From positions 59,024,001 to 59,088,000 of the forward strand of contig NC_043004.1 of the NCBI RefSeq assembly GCF_006345805.1: a DNA stretch of 64,000 nucleotides, read 5' to 3'. Below the pieces are notes generated by a model. The model was given only the letters and a program-made list of their open reading frames with translations. It was not told the DNA's origin and did no database searches. This document shows, in pieces, positions 52,851 to 64,000 of this stretch. A program made the position numbers and the translations under genes. Position 1 is the first letter of the stretch, and the number at the start of each line of letters is the position of its first letter. Origin of the DNA: Octopus sinensis. Its lineage: Eukaryota.

Positions 52851-53324
52851 TGTATGTATGTATGTATGTATGTATGTATGTATGTATGTATGTATGTATG
52901 TATGTATGTATGTATTTATGTATGCATGTATGTATGTATGTATATGTGTGTGTGAAGGCGCGTGGCTTAGTGGTTAGGGGAATCGACTCTCAATCGTAAA
53001 ATCGTGAATTCGATTCACGGCCGCGCGTTATATCCTTGAGCAAGACACTTTATTTCACGTTGCTCTAGTCTGCTCAGCTGGCAAAAATGAGATATACTTG
53101 CGTTTTAAAAAGGCCAGCCTTGTCACGGTGAACTATGGTAAAAGTAAGCGTGTCTGCGGAGTGCTCATCCACTTCTACATTAATTTCACAAGTAGGCTGT
53201 TCAGTTGATTGGATCAACTGAAACCCCCATCGTCGTAACCGATGAAGTGGCATTCACACACGCATACTCACACACACGCACACACACACGCGCACGCGCA
53301 TATATAGTAAAATCGAATAAACGC

Positions 53325-53464
53325 GGGATGCTTACCGACCACATGGTTCCGGGTTCATTCCTACTGCGTGGCACCTTCGGCAAGTGTCTTCTGCTATAGC
53401 CTCGGGCCAACCAAAATCTTGTGAGTGGATCTGATAGACGGAATTTGAAAAAAAGCCCATCGTA

Positions 53465-53530
<66 letters not shown>

Positions 53531-53760
53531 TATGTAAGTATGTGTATATGTTTGTGTGTCTGTGTTTGTCCCTCCAACATCGCTTGACAACCGATGGTGG
53601 TATGTTTACGTCCCCGATAGAATAAGTGACCGATAGAATAAGTGACCGATAGAATAAGTACTAGGCTTCCAAAGAATAAGTCCTGCGGTCGATTTGCTCG
53701 ACTAAAGGTGGTACTCCAGCATGGCTGCAGTCAAATGACTGAGACAAGTAAAAGAGTTAA
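53325..53760 (+). mobile_element. SINE family A, 5'-truncated, with a 16-bp triplication
   Basis: GACCGATAGAATAAGT x3 near 53612-53662 replaces ~25 bp of consensus. Confidence 0.9.
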
Positions 53761-53842
53761 ACGAACTTTAAGAATAACAATAACAATCAAGAGAGCCTGC
53801 ACATGGAATGTATTTATTTTGACGCTCGGTAAAAAGAGACAG

Positions 53843-53879
53843 CTTTTGACGTTTCGAACATAGCTCATCATCGGAAAGG
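53843..53879 (-). ncRNA. Minimal hammerhead-like motif, U4C core variant
   Basis: CCTTT-CCGATGA-T-GAGC-TAT-GTTC-GAAA-CGT-C-AAAAG; GUC triplet, palindromic ACGT helix III. Confidence 0.55.
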
Positions 53880-54084
53880 AAAAAGGGAAAAGTTCAGAAA
53901 AGAGAAAAGATTACCAACAGCACGTGAGTAGTTACATTCTTGATGTACGTGCGCGTGAGTGTGTATAAGCTGTGAAGGCCTGTGGCCTAGTGCTTAGGCT
54001 GTTATACGCTCTGTCAAATGTCTGTGATTTTTGATTCATTGAGAGAGCAGTGCTTTGTATCTTTCGGCAATGTACGTCAATTCT

Positions 54085-56162
54085 CGTTACGAATGAATCC
54101 CATACCGTCAGCTCAACTGGTTTCAGTTTATCTCTGAATTTGCTATCAGATATCATTTCTCTGATCTCGGGTCCAATGAAAATTCTTGTTTTCAGTTCTG
54201 TGTTACTTTTTTCTCTGCCCCAAATTTCAATTTTAGGTACTAGAAGCTACAATCATCGTGTGTCATTGCTTTACCAAGTTTTTCAAGGGGCCGAGTTTGA
54301 TGTGAAGGGCGAGAAGGAAGATCTTTTGCGGCTCAATTAGTGGCAAATGCTGCACATTGTACCTACCAGCTATGCACTCATCTCTTTTAGGCCAGTCTTT
54401 TACAGTGCAACGATTGCCGTCATCGCAGCTGTTCCAAATAAACAAGAAGCGCAAATGTTTGGCGTATTCCAGCTACAGTCCCAGGAGGAGGGAAATCACC
54501 TTTAAATCACCATAAATATTCCACTTATCAACCGAGTAATTAACTCCTTTCAGAATGAATTCCATCGATTCATAAGTTTCTTCCACACCGACAACATGAC
54601 CCACAGGAACGGAAGGTTTTTCATTACTATTATGTAACAACACAATTTTGAGGTTAACATTACTCGAGTTTATAAACAATCACCATTCGTTAGCCACATT
54701 CATGTGTCCTAGTTTTTGCATGAATGCATTTATGTCAGTACAAAACAAGCATTATTTTCTTGCTTGAAAAAGGGAGATTTACCTTTATGGCAATAACGGA
54801 AAATGGAAATTTTCGTACCTTGCTGTTGGAGATTCCGTTGTTGTAGTTTGGATCTCAAAACTTCTACTCTCTCCTTTGACAATGCTAGATCTCTTGCTAA
54901 ATCGTTCAAATCTTCTTGATTAAACTAGCCTGGCTCATTTTTCTTAGAATCAACTACATACTCTTCGTCAATAGGAGTGCCATCATGCGACGTATCAAAA
55001 TTTTCAAGTGAAGCATATGAGGGGGGAACTGGGACAGGGTTCTCGAACCACTAATATTAGTCATGGAAAAGTAACAATCAGAGACATGATTGGTTGATTC
55101 ACGCCATACCATTGGTTCAGCGAAAGGCATTCCCTTCCGTTATCCATTCAGCCACTGTGTAAGCCCTGGATAACACACGGTGCAGCATATATGAGGTGAC
55201 CACCTCTTGTCTTGACCCCAACTTTACACCCGAAATAATATTTACAGGCAGCTTTTAGTTTGGTGGCGATGTTCTTCTCCTGGTCACGCGGAGCAAATTT
55301 TCCAGACATAACAAAAGATGTTTGGGTGATTCAGACAGCCTCTCCTATTCATGATGTGGAGGCGCAATGGCCCAGTGGTTAGGGTAGCGGACTCGCGGTC
55401 ATAGGATCGCGGTTTCGATTCCCAGACCGGGCGTTGTGAGTGTTTATTGAGCGAAAACACTTAAAAGCTCCACGAGGCTCCGGTAGTGATCCCTGTTGTA
55501 CTCTTTCACCACAACTTTCTCTCACTCTTACTTCCTGTTTCTGTTGTACCTGTATTTCAAAGGGCCAGCCTTGTCACTCTCTGTGTCACGCTGAATATCC
55601 CCGAGAACTACGTTAAGGGTGCACGTGGCTGTGGAGTGCTCAGCCACTTACACGTTAATTTCACGAGCAGGCTGTTCCGTTGATTCGGATCAACCGAAAC
55701 CCTCGTCATCGTAACCGACGGAGTGCTTCCACCACCTATTCATGATCTAACACAAGGAACACAGATAAAGCTGTAATCACGCAGAGCGAGAGATACACAT
55801 ACCACACGTGACGGCAGCGCAAACGACACGGAGGGTTACCAAGAACAAATTGACGTATTTGGCATTGCACACAATATATCTATTGCTAAGCGCCATCTAT
55901 TGCTAAGCAAAATAATGAACATTCTCATCTTTTGTTTTATTGGTGTTATTTCTTTAATTTTGAATTAAGACCGCTTTCATTGTAGAAAATTTAATGATAC
56001 GACCTATATCTAGCCGTAAGTATAGTTATAATCTTGCGCATGAGCATAACTCAAAATTCTGACGTGCTAGAACAATTCTGAGTGCGGATTCGGAATTAGC
56101 GTCCTCGATTTAGTCTAAAACATATGCTTTTAACCCAGTAGCAAAATCTTTGTTGTCCAATG
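54085..56162 (-). mobile_element. Chapaev3-like (CMC superfamily) DNA transposon, 3'-truncated, pseudogenised transposase
   Basis: N-terminus MNRRGCLNHPNIFCYV..YFGCKVG.QDKRWSPHICCTVC..WRESTNHVSDCYF; core FINSSNVNLKIVLLHNSN..GDLKVISLLLGL..DWPKR..LHIKLG..FIGPEIRE; 5' terminus CATTGGACAACAAAGATTTTGCTAC at 56162; family name from recognition. Confidence 0.8.
55356..55734 (+). mobile_element. SINE family B inserted on the transposase start codon
   Basis: 12-bp TSD CCTATTCATGAT at 55344-55355 and 55735-55746. Confidence 0.95.
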
Positions 56163-56244
56163 TTTATAAATCCCCAATGAAGACTTAACTTCCTCGAATT
56201 AACTATATATATATATTATGTATGCGTGTGTATGTGTTTGTGTG

Positions 56245-56283
<39 letters not shown>

Positions 56284-56630
56284 TGTGTGTGTGTGTGTGT
56301 TTATTTAATATCATCTGGGTATTAAACTCATAAACAGCATTACAAAACTCCTCAGAGGTTACCGGCTACCATAGGCTAGCATACGGCAGAATTACTCATG
56401 TTCACTGGATATGCATGTAGAAATCCGTTAAAGAACGAAGAATTCTCATAAAAAATTGTAAAATAAGAAAATGGAACGAACAGCTTTAATCACAAATCGC
56501 GACAATTGTTTCTCTAGCAGCTGTTTCTCTGTTAGTTGTTGAGTTTTCTATATTATACATATATATATTGTATAGATATAATCGACAGTAGCCGTGTACC
56601 CGCACGTCATCAAGCAAGTGGCTTCGAGAG

Positions 56631-56675
56631 CACCTGATGATGTACTGTTACTAATGCAGAGAAACAATTGTTGTG
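56631..56675 (+). ncRNA. Hammerhead-like motif with palindromic helix III; inverted partial copy at ~56490-56520
   Basis: CAC-CTGATGA-TGTA-CTGTTACTAA-TGCA-GA-GAAA-CAATTG-T-T-GTG; two extra nt before GAAA. Confidence 0.55.
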
Positions 56676-57117
56676 ATTTATGATTAAAATCTGTTTATTC
56701 CATCTTCTTGTTTTATAAATATATATATTCAATCAGTTAAGTATATTTATTATAAGTATGCTACAGCTATAAACGTTACTTCATTTACTTTCATCTTTCT
56801 TTCTCATTCTTTTTAGCAAACCCGTTTGAATGATGTGCCTTGAGGTATGTAAAACATGTTCATAAATATATGTAAGCTTTTCAAAGTTTTTCACAAAGTT
56901 ATATACACCTCAAATTTCTCTTCTCACTCACATACACGCACACACACGCATACACTAACTCACACTCTTTCCACCCACGTTATTTGTGTATTTCTCATTT
57001 CTTCCATAAATTCTACGTCATATACAGATTTAGGTTACTCACATACACAAACGAGCCCCCTCCCATATATACATACATATATATATATGTATTTATGTAT
57101 GTATGTATGTATGTATG

Positions 57118-57207
<90 letters not shown>

Positions 57208-57387
57208 TAATATTAGGGACTATAACTCTAAACTTACAGCGAAAAATTCAATTTAGTATTAAATCAAATTTCATAATATAAATATATAAAATATAAATTA
57301 GAGAAAACCCCCACTATTACGCAATTCAAACAATGATTTGGTTTATGTCTATCATTGTTTGATTGCATGATAGTGTTTTTTTCTCTA

Positions 57388-57454
<67 letters not shown>

Positions 57455-57457
<3 letters not shown>

Positions 57458-57870
57458 GGCGCAGGAGTGGCTGTGTGGTAAGTAGCTTGCTAACCAACCT
57501 CATGGTTCCGGGTTCAGTCCCACTGCGTGGCATCTTGGGCAAGTGTCTTCTGCTATAGCCCCGGGCCGACCAATGCCTTGTGAGTGGATTTGGTAGACAG
57601 AAACTGAAAGAAGCCTGTCGTATATATGTATATATATATATATGTATGTGTGTTTGTGTGTCTCTGTTTGTTTCCCTAGCATTGCTTGACAACCGATGCT
57701 GGTGTGTTTACGTCCCCGTCACTTAGCGGTTCGGCAAAAAGAGACCGATAGAATAAGTACTGGGCTTACAAAGAATTAGTCCCGGGGTCGATTTGCTCGA
57801 CTAAAGGCGGTGCTCCAGCATGGCCGCAGTCAAATGACTTAAACAAGTAAAAGAGAAAAGAGAAAAGAGA
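57455..57870 (+). mobile_element. SINE family A, full length
   Basis: Best-preserved copy: GGCGCAGGAGTGGCTGTGTGG..AAACAAGTAAAAGAG. Confidence 0.95.
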
Positions 57871-57892
57871 ATATATATATATATACTGAAAC

Positions 57893-58100
57893 ATTGGTTT
57901 CAGTTTTGGCACAAGGTCAGCAATTTCGGGGTACAGAGTAAGTCGATTATATCGACGCCAGGGGTCTACTGGTACTTATTTTATCGACCCTGAAAGAATG
58001 AAAGGCAAAACTGACCTCGGCAATATTTGAACTCAAAACGTTATGTCGGAAGAAATGCCGCTAAGCACTTTTGCCCGACATGCCAATGATTCTGGCTGCT
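57893..58100 (-). mobile_element. SINE family E
   Basis: Family blocks in reverse. Confidence 0.85.
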
Positions 58101-58778
58101 TGCCACCTTTATATGTATATATATATATTCTTCTTCTTACTATGAATGATACAGATACACAGGTGTACCCAAGCACGCACGCAGACATACATACTACATA
58201 CATACATACATACATACATACATACACAGGTAGACAGACACACAAATGCAACCAGAGACATAGGCATGCATAAAATTGTATGACAGCGCGCGTATACTGA
58301 CGTTCACACCCTTTCGGAAACGCGGTAAAACACACCACAAAACAATTAAAATACGTGCAAATACACAGACACACACACACACACACATTGTACGTGTAAG
58401 ACCACACTCTACCACACTCTCATACATAAGAAAAAGCACAGTGAAAGCCATGAAAATACGAGCATGAATTCGAATGCAGAGAAAAAAATTGGAGTTATAT
58501 TTTGCGTATCACATTTTGTTCGTTTTCTACGTTTCTCTTTCACGCAGACATACGCCTTCATACACACGCATAGTAACACAAGGCGTGCTCCTGTACACAC
58601 GCACAGCCTACGCACACACACACACACACACACACACACCACACACACACACACACACACAGAGATATGCACATTTATTTACGTGTAAACACTCATTATA
58701 GGTTCAGTACAATTTTGAATAACAACAAAAAATCCCCCTCATAAATAGACGCTCACATACTCAAAGACAGACACGGAG

Positions 58779-58828
<50 letters not shown>

Positions 58829-59035
58829 CACACACACACATACACACACTCACACATACACACACGCGTGCTTATAATAATTGGACAAGTGCCTCTCGTT
58901 AATCTGAGAGATAAAAACATATTTCCCATTAGATTCATTTAAGTTGAATTTATACATACATAATACATAGACATGTATGTTTGGTTATATATATATATAT
59001 AGATGTGTGTGTATGTATTTATGTGTGTGTATGTA

Positions 59036-59076
<41 letters not shown>

Positions 59077-59462
59077 GCGTATATATATATATATATATAT
59101 ACATGTGAAGATTCTTGTATATGTTCTTTCTCTGTTCCATTCTCACTTTCCATGTCCTTCTTCTTTATTTCTCCCTCTCCCCCCCTCTCTCTCTCCTGTT
59201 TCAGTTTTATATATGTATATATATCATTTTTGTCCTTGTCCCCATCTCACCCAACCCACTAATAATCCTATTATTTCTTTTCTCCGTGTACCAAAGAAAC
59301 ATTATACAAATTAAATATACTCAGGTTGTTTTCAATTTAGCTTCCCGGACAATTTCTGAAAAGAAAAAGAAAATAAAAAGTCAAACTTTAACGCTTCTGG
59401 CGCTTCTCACGTTCATTAATCTATTACAAATGATGATGATGATGATGATTCTGAAGACGATC

Positions 59463-59517
<55 letters not shown>

Positions 59518-60042
59518 TAATAATAATAATAAGAAGAAGAAGAATCGATCGAACTTATGATGGTAAATTTTTTTCTTGTAGTTTCTTGTTGTATGTATTC
59601 ATTTAGAACACCCGCAATGATTTTCACTATCTTATCTTCTGTGTATGTATGCATGTATGTATGTATGTATGTATGTATGTATGTATGTATGTATTTATGT
59701 ATGTATGTATGTATGTATGTATGTATGTATGTATGTATGTATGTTTGTGTATGTATGTATGTATGTATGTATGCATACATGTATGTATGTATGTATATGT
59801 GTTTGTGTATGTATGTATGTATGCATGCATGCATGTATGTATGTATGTATTTATGTATGTATGTATATGTGTTTGTGTACGTATGTATGTATGTATGTAT
59901 ATGTGTTTGTGTATGTATGTATCTAGCTAGCTATCCAAATGTTTCGTGCTTAGTTCCATTACATGTACACTTGTATGTATATGTGTGGGTTTGTGTGGGC
60001 GCGCACCATTTTAATATAGACTTCCCGTCTTACTTTCTTTAG

Positions 60043-60177
60043 ATTTCTAGACGTATTTGAACGCCGAAGCTCTTGCAAACGAAACATTCAATTCATATTT
60101 TACAAAATACAAAAGAATAACCAGAGTCGTAATTTTTACAATTACAACGTCGAAAAATGCACCCTGAAGTTGTCAAG
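60043..60177 (+). CDS. Candidate internal exon (135 nt, phase 2-2), unknown gene
   Basis: CTTCCCGTCTTACTTTCTTTAG| acceptor, AAG|GTATAT donor, 44 open codons FLDVFERRSSCKRNIQF..CTLKLS in AT-rich DNA; no homology recognised. Confidence 0.2.
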
Positions 60178-60489
60178 GTATATGAAGGTAGGCCAAGACA
60201 TATCAATGCGGTTGCTTGTCATGGTTTGTTATTAGATTTTAGTACCCATTTTTATGTAGTTGTTACGTTTAGCGCTCTCCAAAATGCGAGCGAGGTATCA
60301 CGATTAAACTGACATAACATGGATGATAATTTATAGGTTCTACACTAAAACTGGATTGTATAAGCTTTTAACTGTGACATGATTAAAAATTAATAAAGAC
60401 AAAAGCTGTAAATCTACTTTATATGTTGCAAGTCAATGACTTCTCTGTGTCTGATGAGATCGCATTTTATTATTACACCGCTCGGGCTC

Positions 60490-60935
60490 GAAAACCGTTA
60501 TGAAAATCTCCTCGAGGAATGTGAAGACGCAAGCTGGAAAGCGGAACATTTTCCTATCGAAGTCGGATGTAGAGGGTTTGTTGGACACAGCGTGAGACGA
60601 CTGTTGTTATCGATAGGCTTAACTCATCGTAAAGTCAATACCACCATGACTAATATCCAATCTACAGTGGAGAAGGCTAGCCACTGGATTTGGTTAAAAA
60701 GAGACGATGAGCGATGGCTAGAAGTATATTGAGTTCTTCATAACCAGCTGATCTAGCAAGCGGGGCCTCATATCAGTGAGGGGGCCGGTGCGCATTGATG
60801 CCGTCGAGAAGTAGGCCCCGAAACGGCGCGCATTCTCTCCTGATGACCTCATACACTTGCTAGCTTCCGGTATACGGAGCTTTTAACTGGTAGCACTTGC
60901 ATGTGTAAGTTGTTTGCAAGACAAATAACCATTAT
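60490..60935 (+). mobile_element. 5'-truncated HERO-like (R2-group, RLE) non-LTR retrotransposon: ORF C-terminus plus 3' UTR
   Basis: ENRYENLLEECEDASWKAEHFPIEVGCRGFVGHS..EKASHWIWLKRDDERW, stop 60730-60732; RY..L.EEC..W....PIEVGCRGF..W.WLKR is the RLE C-terminus I recognise from HERO elements. Confidence 0.8.
60799..60851 (+). ncRNA. Hammerhead catalytic core in permuted order within the HERO-like 3' UTR
   Basis: GCCGT-C-GAGA .. GAAACGGC .. TCTC-CTGATGA; helix III and helix I can both form; helix II is non-canonical. Confidence 0.5.
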
Positions 60936-61335
60936 TAGTTTTATTATGTATAATATAATTACTACTATAGGTAAAATTTAATATATTAATTGTGTTACCT
61001 CACCATCCCCGAAAGTCTAACACCCGCTTTGACATGACCGGAACCCCATCGTGGCTTGTACTACCCACGTTGAGAACCTCTGCGCTAGTGTTTTGTGAAT
61101 GGAAGGACATATTGAATAAAGTAGTTCACGATATACAAATACACGGGAGTGTCGGGGCTGGAACGTCTTTGTCCTTTGGTCAACTCGAGCGGTTGAAAAA
61201 GAGGCCAAGAAAAAACCAGTAACAACAACCAAAGCAACACCAGCATCCTTGTTGCGATAACGAATTAGGTTCCTCTTTATAGATATATGCACTTTTCTAG
61301 CAATGTTAACGTGTTTTTATTTTCCATTTTTGCAT

Positions 61336-61721
61336 GGATGGAAGCACTCCGTCGGTTACGACGACGAGGGTTCCGGTTGATCCGATCAACGGAACAGCCT
61401 GCTCGTGAAATTAACGTGTAAGTGGCTGAGCACTCCACAGACACGTGTACCCTTAACGTGGTTCTCGGGGATATTCAGCGTGACCCAGAGAGTGACAAGG
61501 CCGGCCTTTTGAAATACAGGTACAACAGAAACAGGAAGTAAGAGTGAGAGAAAGTTGTGGTGAAAGAGTACAGCAGGGATCACCACCATTCCTGCCGGAG
61601 CCTCGTGGAGCTTTTAGGTGTTTTCGCTCAATAAACACTCACAACGCCCGGTCTGGGAATCGAAACCGCGATCCTATGACCGCGAGTCTGCTGCCCTAAC
61701 CACTGGGCCATTGCGCCTCCA
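61336..61721 (-). mobile_element. SINE family B, full length
   Basis: 12-bp TSD CCA(T/A)TTTTGCAT at 61324-61335 and 61723-61734. Confidence 0.95.
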
Positions 61722-62237
61722 CCCAATTTTGCATACACAGAACAACAGTAATTCCTGAAACCGATCAACTTCAAATGCTCATTACTATAACTAAGGGTTA
61801 TATTACTAAAGCGCAAAAAAGTAAATAAATATAAAGAAAAGGTTCGATTGAACTAGACATAGTGAAGACTTTTAGGGCCAAGGGAGAAGTATGTAAGAAC
61901 CTGTCTGGGTATATGTAAAGTGTAAATGATAATGAATTTTTAATTTTATAAATTCTTATGTCAGCAGTTCATCTTAAATAACTGCTTTAATTTAGGTCTT
62001 AAACAGTCGTATGTATAAACATTTTTAGAGATTTGTCAGCGAGAAGCGGTTTCAAATTTAAAGACGGTCGCAATTTCTCCTGTCTGCTCTAATTGGTTCA
62101 CCTTTTGATTAAACATTTAGAAAATTCTGAAAAGTAAATCAGGAAAGGTGAAAGTTCAATTTTAAATGAAATAACTGTCGATAGGTGTCTTTTGTTCCAG
62201 AAAACAAATGTTTTGTTCCACTCTACTCAGATATAAA

Positions 62238-62300
62238 CGTGTGACTCTGCTGCGGACTGGCATCAATTTCAGGGCAAATGTTGTGATCTACTTCACTTAT
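62238..62300 (+). pseudogene. Possible C-type-lectin-like N-terminal remnant
   Basis: TCDSAADWHQFQGKCC resembles C-x(n)-W-x2-F-x-G-x-C-Y; stop immediately upstream, frameshift needed downstream. Confidence 0.2.
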
Positions 62301-63719
62301 AAACCATAGAAACTGGATAAGTATCCATCTGAGTCCTAGAACGCCTGTAATATCTAAAGGGAAACTTACTATCAATAAGAAGATAGATTATCAGAAGCAG
62401 TAGATTAGACTTTTTGCTGAGATGAAATTTTCCTTTCATCCATCTGGGGTTAATGTAACGAAGACCAAGATAGATTTAATCAAATATGTCCGTTCGTCTT
62501 CCATTGAAGGTTGCGTGGATTTGTAGCAACGTTAGAAATCATGCCGTGGATTACCAGACAGGCAACAGCTGAAGGGTAAACGTGTCAATTTCTCTCCAGA
62601 AAATAGGGAGTTTGTATCATATGATTGATGCTGAGAAGAGTCATGTTCTGGGTAAAGCACAGAGCGCCCTATATTTGTTGTACATATCATTATGTCTTAA
62701 TCTAAATAGGAAATGCGGCACCTAAAACAATTGCTGGGCAATCGGGATTATAACGGGTAATAAGGGTCTTAGAAGACTTTGGAAGGCTGTATTAGAAATC
62801 GTTACATTAAAATAACTAGTTGTTCTCAGATCTGAAGCATGGTGCGAAGGTTTGAAAGTGAGTGAACCCCTGCTACCGGAATCCGAAGAGCCATGTAATA
62901 GGATTTACGAAGGGCGATGGATTATGTTCAAGACGGTAATAAGAAACATAATGAGGAAACGATTTCATTTATTAATTTACCGGGCATACATACATGTAAC
63001 CCCACCTAAAAGAGTCCCCCTCATGACGCCAAGGATTTACTTTATTCCCCAAGCTAGGCTAGTAGTTTGGCGAGGGTGGTGTTTTTTAGGTTCGTAGGTA
63101 AAATTTGACTTAGAACGTAGAGAGGGGTAACAAATGCTGCAAGACACTCCGTCCGACATTCTTAAAGCTCCGCCAACCCTCTGCACTGGATTGGTGCCTA
63201 CTTTTTTATATCGAAAGGATGACAGGCAAAGACGACTTGAATGCTATAGGATCTCAGAGTGCAGACAGAAAATAATCCCGCAAAGAAACCTATCTGATTC
63301 TTATAACGTTTCCGCCATTTTCTCCATCAACCATACACACTTGAAATTTATATGTAACACGATAAGCTACAATGAATTTGCACATAAAACATTATTCACT
63401 ATTGTTTATGTCGCCAAGAAAATGAAATATAGAAAATGGATTACGTAGCGATATCTCATACATTTCAATGACGTAAACGGAATGAATATACACAAATAAG
63501 GTAATATGATATTAAACGGTCACTCACATATCACGCATTTAGTTTTTATCTTTTTGTGATAAATTTTCTAACATAATAACAATTTATATAAGTTCTGGTA
63601 ACAAATGTTTTCAACAGAAATTCAATAGCAGATTATTTGATAGAAACAGCCAAAGGAAAATACAAACAGAGAGAACACTCATGCATACTGTAAAACCTAT
63701 GTTTACGTGTATACGAGCA

Positions 63720-63820
<101 letters not shown>

Positions 63821-63939
63821 GTCTCTCTGTCGATCCCTCTCTCTTTCTCTTCTCTCTCTATCATACATTCATACATACATACATACATATATTATACATA
63901 CATACATATATTAACACACACGCACACACGCACACATAT

Positions 63940-64000
63940 AGGTGCAGGAATGGCTGTGTGGTAAGTTGTTTGCTTACCAACCACATGGATCTGGATTCAG
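63940..64000 (+). mobile_element. SINE family A head, cut by the window edge
   Basis: GGTGCAGGAATGGCTGTGTGGTAAG..CCACATGG. Confidence 0.85.

Noticed and set aside
60445-60503. CTGATGA-GA..TC-GAAA-ACCGTT hammerhead-like string at the 5' junction of the HERO fragment
   Set aside because: Helices I and II have only 2-3 weak pairs and the GAAA lies in ORF codons; likely chance

Overview
This is repeat-saturated, AT-rich eukaryotic DNA. The SINE families and the extreme density of (TA)n, (CA)n, (CATA)n, (GATA)n and (AAT)n microsatellites match what I recognise from Octopus (cephalopod) genomes; this is recognition, not a database result. I can assemble no intact host gene. Nearly all ORFs in the track are microsatellite artefacts, and only a few weak exon candidates remain, on both strands. 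Supported content: (i) many copies of at least five tRNA-headed SINE families; (ii) decayed non-LTR retrotransposons (R4/Dong-like RLE fragments, a CR1/L2-type APE+RT remnant, a second CR1-type 3' end, and a HERO-like RLE C-terminus with its 3' UTR); (iii) a Chapaev3-like DNA transposon with a SINE inserted on its start codon, hAT/piggyBac/Tc1-like MITEs and a Helitron-like element; (iv) about a dozen minimal hammerhead-ribozyme-like motifs of Penelope-like-element (PLE) type, several in inverted pairs next to (TA)n. The two most unusual observations are a complete hammerhead catalytic core in a permuted, pseudoknotted order in the HERO-like 3' UTR (60.74-60.89 kb), and a tRNA-headed SINE-like element whose tail is a well-formed minimal hammerhead (43.69-43.98 kb). 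The first ~3.2 kb shows fold-back repeats with indel-dominated differences that may be long-read artefacts. Boundaries are read by eye and are approximate unless a TSD or TIR is quoted.
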